Translations under genes and position numbers: made by a program | Shown here: positions 57,964 through 64,000 of the stretch, one piece after another | Position numbering within the stretch: the stretch's first letter is position 1 | Layout of the letters: each line of letters opens with the position of its first letter | The notes under the pieces: generated by a model | Databases searched by the model: none | The model's input: the letters and a program-made list of their open reading frames with translations, nothing else | Told to the model about the DNA's origin: nothing | Assembly: GCA_023269085.1 (NCBI GenBank) | Contig: JAHFML010000002.1 | Coordinates: 1,266-65,265 of the forward strand | Length of the DNA: 64,000 nucleotides | Source: a bacterium | GTDB lineage: Bacteria; Patescibacteriota; Minisyncoccia; Phycocordibacterales; Phycocordibacteraceae | Reading direction: 5' to 3'

Positions 57964-58679
57964 CGGATCACCTCCCAGTTGATCTTCTCGAGGATGCCCT
58001 CGGGTAGGATGAACATCGTAATACCGTGATAGAGATTGATAAAGAACATGCCGAAGTAACCTTTTTGCACGAATCGCCTATCTGACGAGCGCACGCTCTT
58101 GGTTGGTATGAAGAAGTGTTTGGCGTCCAGCTTCGCGAGGTCTCGCCCGTATTGGATATCTTCTCCCGAGACGAGATTCTCGTCGTAGATAACTTGCATC
58201 GCAAAGTCCTTTCGTACGATATGGATAGTGAAGAGCACTTTGAAAAGTCGGTAGAAAAAATTGTTGAAACGAGACCAGAATCGCGCCTTGATGCTGTCGT
58301 TGTCCAAATTGACGGTCGTCGTGCCATAGCCGGCCTCTGGATGCGTGTCGAGATAGATGCTCACTTCGCGCAAGAGGCTCTTCTCGACAAACACGTCGCA
58401 GTCCATGAAGATATACCATTCGGTGGCAGGAGAACATTTCGTGAAGCCGAAGTTCCGTGCTCGCGAAACGCCTTTTTGTGGAGCGATATATACGGTAAGA
58501 TTTTCGGACTCGTGGAGTTTTGCTTTTTCGTATGTCGCGTCGGTCGAGCCATTCTCCACGACGATTATCTCGTAGCGATCCCTAGGGTAGTCAAGTTCTT
58601 GGATCAGACGCAATGTCCGGTCAATGACAAGCTCTTCGTTGTGTGCAGGAATAACAATCGAGAAGAAACGATGCGACAT
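57960..58679 (-). CDS. GT2-family glycosyltransferase
   Basis: FSIVIPAHNEE N-terminus, DxD (DCD) motif. Confidence 0.75.
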   Translation of the reverse strand: MSHRFFSIVIPAHNEELVIDRTLRLIQELDYPRDRYEIIVVENGSTDATYEKAKLHESENLTVYIAPQKGVSRARNFGFTKCSPATEWYIFMDCDVFVEKSLLREVSIYLDTHPEAGYGTTTVNLDNDSIKARFWSRFNNFFYRLFKVLFTIHIVRKDFAMQVIYDENLVSGEDIQYGRDLAKLDAKHFFIPTKSVRSSDRRFVQKGYFGMFFINLYHGITMFILPEGILEKINWEVIR

Positions 58680-58689
58680 ACCGAGTAGA

Positions 58690-59616
58690 TTATTGCTTTT
58701 TAATCCAGAGGTAGAGGTCTTCGACGGCCTTCACCGCGTCGCCGGCGGCAATGTTGTTCTGATGATAGAGCTCGTCGGTGCAGTCGCCGGCGGCCCAGAC
58801 GCCCTCGACGCTCGTGCGGCCGGTGCGCGCGTCGGTGACGACGTGTTTGACGGGGTCGAGCTCGACCAGCCCCTCGATGAAGTCGGTATTCGGGATAACG
58901 CCCGCCTCGACGAAGATGCCCGAGATGCTGAGCTCGTGTGATTCGTTCGTGCTCTTGTCGGTGTAGCGGAGCCCGCTCACAAACTGCTCGCCGATGATCT
59001 CGATGGGCTCAGCGTGCAGGATGATGCGCATGTTCGGGTGCGCACGCGCCTTTTCGACAGTGACAGCGTCGGCCTTGAGCTCGGCATGGCGATGGATAAG
59101 AGTGACCGACTTCGCATAGGCGAGAAGCTGAAGCGCGCTCTCGAAGCCGGCGTTGCCACCACCCACGACCGCGACATCTTGGCCAGCGAAGAGCGGGCCG
59201 TCGCAGGAGGCGCAGTAGGTGACGCCCTTGTTCTCGAAGGTTCCCGCGCCGGGGATAGCGAGTTTGCGCCGACTTGCGCCCGAGGAGATGAGGACGGTGC
59301 GAGCGGTGAAGTCTTTGCCGGACTTCGTTTGTACAGCGAAGCGACCTCCAGGGTCTTGGGTGAGCGCCGCGACCTGCTCGCCGAGCGCGAGCTCGACGAA
59401 GTCGCCCTTCACGGCGTCGAGATGCGCCCTGAGCGCCGATGCAAGATCGGCGCCGCTAATCTTCGGCGTGCCGATCCAATTCTCGATACCATCGGAGACG
59501 ATCGACTGACCGCCGATCTCCTTTGCGATAAGGAGCGTCTTCAGCTGCTTGCGCGCGGCATACACGCCCGCTGCGACGCCAGCGGGCCCGCCGCCAATGA
59601 TGATGAGGTCGTACAT
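58690..59616 (-). CDS. trxB: thioredoxin-disulfide reductase (start MYDLIIIGGGPAG at 59616)
   Basis: FAD GGGPAG, redox CASCD, NADPH GGGNAG motifs. Confidence 0.85.
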   Translation of the reverse strand: MYDLIIIGGGPAGVAAGVYAARKQLKTLLIAKEIGGQSIVSDGIENWIGTPKISGADLASALRAHLDAVKGDFVELALGEQVAALTQDPGGRFAVQTKSGKDFTARTVLISSGASRRKLAIPGAGTFENKGVTYCASCDGPLFAGQDVAVVGGGNAGFESALQLLAYAKSVTLIHRHAELKADAVTVEKARAHPNMRIILHAEPIEIIGEQFVSGLRYTDKSTNESHELSISGIFVEAGVIPNTDFIEGLVELDPVKHVVTDARTGRTSVEGVWAAGDCTDELYHQNNIAAGDAVKAVEDLYLWIKKQ

Positions 59617-59671
59617 ATGCGAGTTAGTATAGCAGAAAAAGTCGCGGCGCCGGAGGCGCCGCGTATCCATA

Positions 59672-60940
59672 TTATTTTTTGTGTCGACGCAAGAAGGTCG
59701 GTATCGCGCCCCAGGCTTCGTCCTCTTCGGCGGCGGGCGGGGTGAGGTCATCGCGTTTGTGCGGGACGGCCGTGACGATCGGCTCTTCTTTTTCAGAAGT
59801 GGGTGCTGATTCTTCTCGAGTGATGACATCTTTCATCTCGCGGCGCTCGACGGGCTTCTCTTCGATCTTCGCTTCGCGCTTCAAGACCTCATGATAAATG
59901 CGGCCGCGCTCTTCGTCGCGCCGTTCGGCGGTCATTGAGAAGAGCGAACGCTCAGGCCCTTCGTGCGAAGCGTGCGCGGCGCTCTCGGGGAAGCCGGTCG
60001 CGATGACGATGATGCGGACCTGACCCTTCTTGAGCTTCTCGTCCTTCATCATGCCGAAGATAATCTTTGCGTTCTTGTCGACCGATTCGTTGATGATGCG
60101 GGCGGCCTCCTGGACCTCCATGATACCAAGGTCGTCGTTGCTTGCGACGACGAAGAGGACACCCTTCGCACCGCCGATAGAGACGTCGAGGAGCGGGGAA
60201 TTGACTGCGAGCTTCGAGGCGGCGGCGGCGCGATCGTCGCCCTCGGCGACGCCGATACCCATGAGCGCGGGGCCGGCGCCCTCCATGATCGCTTTAATGT
60301 CGTTGAAGTCGGTATTGATATCGCCCGGCGTCGTGATGATGTCCGAGACGCCCTCAACCGCTTGGCGCAGGATCTCGTCGCACATCGCGAAGGCGCTCTT
60401 CGCGCTCGTGTTCATGTCGACGACCGTGAGGAGCTTGTCGTTCGGGATGACGATGAAAGCGTCAACCTCCTTCTTGAGCTCGGCGAGACCTCGCTCGGCG
60501 ATGTCCTTGCGTTGGGCGCCTTCGAAGGCGAAGGGCTTGGTCACGACGGTGATAACAAGCGCGCCGACCTCCTTCGCGATCTTCGCGACGACGGCCGATG
60601 CGCCGGTGCCCGTACCGCCGCCCATACCGCAGGTGATGAAGACCATATCACTTCCCGAGAGCGCCTCTTGGATCTCTTGGCGCGTCTCCTCGGCCGCGCG
60701 CTTGCCGAGCTCTGGGTTCATGCCGGTGCCGAGGCCGCGGGTGAGGTTCTTGCCGATATGGATCTTGCGCTTGGCGAGGGAGCGGTGGAGGTCTTGCGCG
60801 TCGGAGTTGATAGCGACGAACTCGACGCCGCGCACCTTCGAGTTGATCATGTGATTGATCGCATTGTTGCCCGAGCCGCCGACGCCGACGACGCGGATGC
60901 GGGCGAAGGTCTCGATCTCTGGTTCAACGCGTTTGGACAT
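59672..60940 (-). CDS. ftsZ: cell division protein FtsZ
   Basis: GGGTGTG tubulin signature, NTDAQ-like NSDAQ, C-terminal IPTFLRR peptide. Confidence 0.9.
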   Translation of the reverse strand: MSKRVEPEIETFARIRVVGVGGSGNNAINHMINSKVRGVEFVAINSDAQDLHRSLAKRKIHIGKNLTRGLGTGMNPELGKRAAEETRQEIQEALSGSDMVFITCGMGGGTGTGASAVVAKIAKEVGALVITVVTKPFAFEGAQRKDIAERGLAELKKEVDAFIVIPNDKLLTVVDMNTSAKSAFAMCDEILRQAVEGVSDIITTPGDINTDFNDIKAIMEGAGPALMGIGVAEGDDRAAAASKLAVNSPLLDVSIGGAKGVLFVVASNDDLGIMEVQEAARIINESVDKNAKIIFGMMKDEKLKKGQVRIIVIATGFPESAAHASHEGPERSLFSMTAERRDEERGRIYHEVLKREAKIEEKPVERREMKDVITREESAPTSEKEEPIVTAVPHKRDDLTPPAAEEDEAWGAIPTFLRRHKK

Positions 60941-61007
60941 AGGGTGAATAGCTAATGGATGACGTGTCGTCATCATAGCAGAAGCAGGCGATATGCAAAT
61001 ATTGACA

Positions 61008-62165
61008 TTATGGCAGGAATTGCTGAACGAATTTCCCAATCGACGCGCGCAGATTCTTCTTCGGTACGCTCGTGTCGCCCGTGAGGCCCCAGAGCGCGAG
61101 ACCATAGGAGACCGCCCAGGTCGCGTCACGGATCTTCGTGTCTGAGGAGAGACGGAATTCGGCGAGGCGCGCGGGGAGCTTGAGCGAATCCTTCGCGATA
61201 TCGCTGATGCTCCCGATGCCCGCGCCGCCGCCGGAGATGATGATGCCGGCGGGCAGGGGCCCGCGTCGACCGATCGACTTCAGGTGCTTATCAATGAGCG
61301 TGAACATGGTGGAGAGCCGACCGCCGATGAGGTCATCGACCTTCTTGCGCGGGTACATCTGACCGGAAATGCGACCGAGCTTTACGCGTTCAGCTTCTTC
61401 GAGAGAGATGCGGAAGCCGAGCGCAATATCGTCGGTGATATGGCCGGATCCCATCGGGAAGACTTTGACCGAGACAGGAATGTTCTCGTCATACACGACG
61501 ATGGAGACGGTCTCGGCGCCGATGTTCGCGAGGACGCAGCCCTTCATCTTCTGTTCGCCGTTCAAGAGGACATAGGAGCCCGCCAAGGGCGAAGCCATTT
61601 GGTCGACGATCTCGATACCGGCGTCCTCGACTGCCTTTACCAATACCTCTTCGTGCTGGGAGAGGCAGGTGACGAAGAGGTAGTCGGCCTCGAGGCGGAC
61701 GCCCTTCATGCCGAGCGGATTGCCATAAGTCTTTGTGCCGTCGACGCGATACTCAAGCGGGATGCTGTGGAGGATATGGCGGTTCAAGAAGCCCGGCGCC
61801 GCCGCCTCGAGCGCGGCCTTCGAGGCTTTGTCGAGATCGAGCGTGGTGATCTCTTGGTCGGCGCGCGAGATGATAGCCGAGCCGGTCGCGCGCGTCTCGT
61901 CGAGCGAGATGCCACCGACCGAGAGGAAGGCGGCGCGGAGCGGCACGCGCGCGGTCGCCTCGGCCTGACGCTTCGCCTCAAGAATACTCGCGACGACCTC
62001 GTCGCCGTTGACGATGTAGCCATGCCGCAGACCTTTGCTCTCGGCGAGGCCGGTGCCGATGATGCGCAAGCTCCGCGCACCGCTCTTGTCGAGCAGCTCT
62101 TCGACGACGACCATCTTCACCTGGTACGTCCCGATATCAATGCCGGTCGCTATGCGTCGCGCCAT
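61008..62165 (-). CDS. ftsA: cell division protein FtsA
   Basis: Actin-fold GIDIGT phosphate-1, ISGGGAG adenosine motif. Confidence 0.85.
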   Translation of the reverse strand: MARRIATGIDIGTYQVKMVVVEELLDKSGARSLRIIGTGLAESKGLRHGYIVNGDEVVASILEAKRQAEATARVPLRAAFLSVGGISLDETRATGSAIISRADQEITTLDLDKASKAALEAAAPGFLNRHILHSIPLEYRVDGTKTYGNPLGMKGVRLEADYLFVTCLSQHEEVLVKAVEDAGIEIVDQMASPLAGSYVLLNGEQKMKGCVLANIGAETVSIVVYDENIPVSVKVFPMGSGHITDDIALGFRISLEEAERVKLGRISGQMYPRKKVDDLIGGRLSTMFTLIDKHLKSIGRRGPLPAGIIISGGGAGIGSISDIAKDSLKLPARLAEFRLSSDTKIRDATWAVSYGLALWGLTGDTSVPKKNLRASIGKFVQQFLP

Positions 62166-62559
62166 GAAGGGAAGGGTGCGATGCAGAAAACTGCGCGAGA
62201 ATTTTTCGTTCGCATCTCTCCATAGTAGCGCCATGAGCCATTCCCTTCAAATGCATAAGTGCGTGGATAAACAAATAGAGGACGAATTGGCGCTCGCTCA
62301 TCTCGTGCGCGGGCGCTTGCTTCGCCGCTTCGTGTAAGCAAATAAATATTTCGCCGTGCTTGTCGCCAAGCGCATAGGAGAGGACGTTCGGCGTGTAAGT
62401 CTTCTGGCGCAACTGGAGATTCAACTCGCGCGCCCGGGTGGGCCCGACGAATACGAGTGAGATCTCCCAGCCCGGCAACGCGCTTTCGGCGACCCGGGTA
62501 AATGCGATACGCGGCGCAGGGCGCCGCGTGAGATTCTGTATATCGACCGAGCCGGCCAT
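62137..62559 (-). CDS. ybeY: rRNA maturation endoribonuclease YbeY
   Basis: HALMHLKGMAHG (H-x3-H-x5-H) zinc motif. Confidence 0.75.
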   Translation of the reverse strand: MAGSVDIQNLTRRPAPRIAFTRVAESALPGWEISLVFVGPTRARELNLQLRQKTYTPNVLSYALGDKHGEIFICLHEAAKQAPAHEMSERQFVLYLFIHALMHLKGMAHGATMERCERKILAQFSASHPSLHGATHSDRH

Positions 62560-62568
62560 GAGAGCGAG

Positions 62569-62832
62569 CTAGCGCTTGCGCGTCTTGCGCGCGGTCGGGT
62601 CGATCTTGCCGAGCTTCACCTGCTCGTTGTAGGCCTCGCGGCGCTCCTTCGAGACGAGGGCGCGCTTGTGGCCGACGTTGCGTGAGACGGCGCGCTCCCA
62701 GTAGCGGCGGTCGCGCACCTCGCGCACGAGGCCGAGGCCCTGCACGCGGCGGGTGAAGCGGCGGATAAGCGCGGTCGCGCTCTCGTTCTTGCCGCGCTTC
62801 ACCTCGACTCTTGTTTCTGCGGTTGCTGACAT
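62569..62832 (-). CDS. rpsU: 30S ribosomal protein bS21
   Basis: VEVKRGKNESATALIRRFTRRVQGLGLVREVR aligns to the S21 N-terminal block; basic C-terminus. Confidence 0.65.
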   Translation of the reverse strand: MSATAETRVEVKRGKNESATALIRRFTRRVQGLGLVREVRDRRYWERAVSRNVGHKRALVSKERREAYNEQVKLGKIDPTARKTRKR

Positions 62833-62929
62833 AATGTTCGCATCCTAGCACAGAGGTGCTTCTCTTGTCCACAAAAAGTGAAGCCCGCGGAGTGCGGGCT
62901 TCGGGGACAGGTGATGGCCTCAATACTGG

Positions 62930-63205
62930 CTAGCTGAGGTTGAGGTTTGTGCTCTCAGGCAGTAAACGTTGGACGACAGTTGTTTGTTCTCCAGGTGACA
63001 GGGCCTGGAGCAGGATGACGAGAATCCTGACGCGCTCTTCACTCGAGAGCGTAGCGAGCCGTTGTTGCGTCGTTTCAGCCGCGATAATCTCGGCGAGATA
63101 AGCAACGGATGGTCGCCTTTCTGTGTCCCCGGATAGGGAACAGAAATTTTCATGGGGGAAGTCTGGGTTGTCTACGGGGAAATCCACTACGACTGCGTGT
63201 GTCAT
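62930..63205 (-). CDS. hypothetical protein 91 aa
   Basis: ORF track only. Confidence 0.3.
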   Translation of the reverse strand: MTHAVVVDFPVDNPDFPHENFCSLSGDTERRPSVAYLAEIIAAETTQQRLATLSSEERVRILVILLQALSPGEQTTVVQRLLPESTNLNLS

Positions 63206-63259
63206 TTTGCACCTCCGGTGCGTGATTGATCCGCTTCGGACTATAGCGCTGATTTGAAA

Positions 63260-64000
63260 TTATGCAACCGCCTTGAGACGATCGATGAGACCGACGAGCG
63301 GGAGGATAGTCTCTATTTGCGTCGCGCGGTTGCGGAGGATCGCCGAACCCTCGAGCGCCTCTTTGCGGCCCATAATGAGGAGATAGGGGCTCTCGACGTG
63401 CTCGGCGAGGCGGAGCTGCTCGGTCAAAGACTCGACGCCGATGTGCTGGGTGAGCGGGAGGTGCGCCTTGCGGAAGTCCTCGGCAAGGCGGATAGAGACG
63501 CGCTTCGCCTCGTCGCCGATATGGACGAAGGAGAAGCGCAGACGCGACGCGACGGGCTTCTTCACGATGTCGCCGCCGCTCGGGGTCGTGAAGACGGCGC
63601 CCACGGCGCTCATCGGCGAGGAGAAGAAGTGGCGCGCGAGCTCGTGATAGCGCGAGCCCCACGCGACACGCTTATTGCCGACGAGGATCTCGAAACAGAC
63701 ATCGTTCCAGGCGTTGCCACGGCTGATGAGGGTGCGTGCGAGCTCATAGGGCGTCTCGGTCATCTCGAGATATTCGAGCAGATCTTCAAAGCGTTTGCGG
63801 CTTGCGTCCGAGAGATGCTCGGTCGGCGCAGGCAGGTCGATGGCGCAGGCGCGCTCTATCGCGAGCTCAGCGGCCTCGAAGGCGTTGCCGCGCGCTCGCT
63901 CGACGCATTCGAGAGGCAGATCGTTCGCGCGCTTCTTGAAGAAATTGCCGAGCTCGCGCGCATAGCGCGCGCGGGTCTCCTTGTCGCCCATCGAGTTCAC
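63260..64000 (-). CDS. hisS: histidine--tRNA ligase, C-terminal ~245 aa (5' end beyond the window)
   Basis: Motif 3-like AWGSRYHEL, anticodon-binding domain PYLLIMGRKEALEGSAILRNRAT. Confidence 0.7.
   Translation of the reverse strand: MNSMGDKETRARYARELGNFFKKRANDLPLECVERARGNAFEAAELAIERACAIDLPAPTEHLSDASRKRFEDLLEYLEMTETPYELARTLISRGNAWNDVCFEILVGNKRVAWGSRYHELARHFFSSPMSAVGAVFTTPSGGDIVKKPVASRLRFSFVHIGDEAKRVSIRLAEDFRKAHLPLTQHIGVESLTEQLRLAEHVESPYLLIMGRKEALEGSAILRNRATQIETILPLVGLIDRLKAVA

Noticed and set aside
62137-62165. 29-nt overlap between ybeY stop region and ftsA start
   Set aside because: Probably real translational coupling or an alternative ftsA start. Could not be distinguished from sequence alone and was not treated as a finding.

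Overview
High-GC (about 60%) bacterial chromosomal segment. The taxon cannot be assigned from sequence alone. The long antisense ORFs in the supplied track are artefacts of GC3 bias. The core is dense with housekeeping genes: mgtA (truncated at the window edge), engB, prmC, an RluB-like pseudouridine synthase, an ABC-F ATPase, mntH, typA, ssrA (tmRNA) + smpB, ftsH, recG, lemA-htpX, mscL, a class II RNR (nrdJ), an RNase P RNA candidate, murJ, lepA, an hsp20-prsW-valS operon, tsaD, orn, an nrnA-like gene, rRNA/tRNA methyltransferases, trxB, ftsZ-ftsA, ybeY, rpsU and hisS (5' end beyond the window). It also carries ten tRNA genes. Several lower-GC accessory islets are interleaved with this core. 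(1) At tRNA-Ser(CGA), a large serine recombinase gene is bracketed by perfect 131-bp inverted repeats. It directly abuts a second segment bracketed by perfect 245-bp inverted repeats that carries an XRE regulator, a coiled-coil membrane protein and a HEPN-like (R-x4-H) protein. This is the most striking candidate for an undescribed invertible or mobile system. (2) Tandem gene cassettes sit in the 3' end of the ABC-F gene. One carries a histidine phosphatase plus hicBA, the other a 127-aa protein. A further cassette sits in the 3' end of mntH. Each regenerates a copy of the target gene's last 40-50 nt. (3) Two families of perfect short palindromic mini-elements are inserted in frame inside essential genes (recG, lepA, tsaD three times, an rRNA methyltransferase) and at gene ends. 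(4) Further observations are an AT-rich islet at tRNA-Gln with a GIY-YIG nuclease, an islet between tRNA-Arg and tRNA-Phe, a G11 homopolymer upstream of a secreted protein, and a tRNA-Ile with a UAU anticodon.
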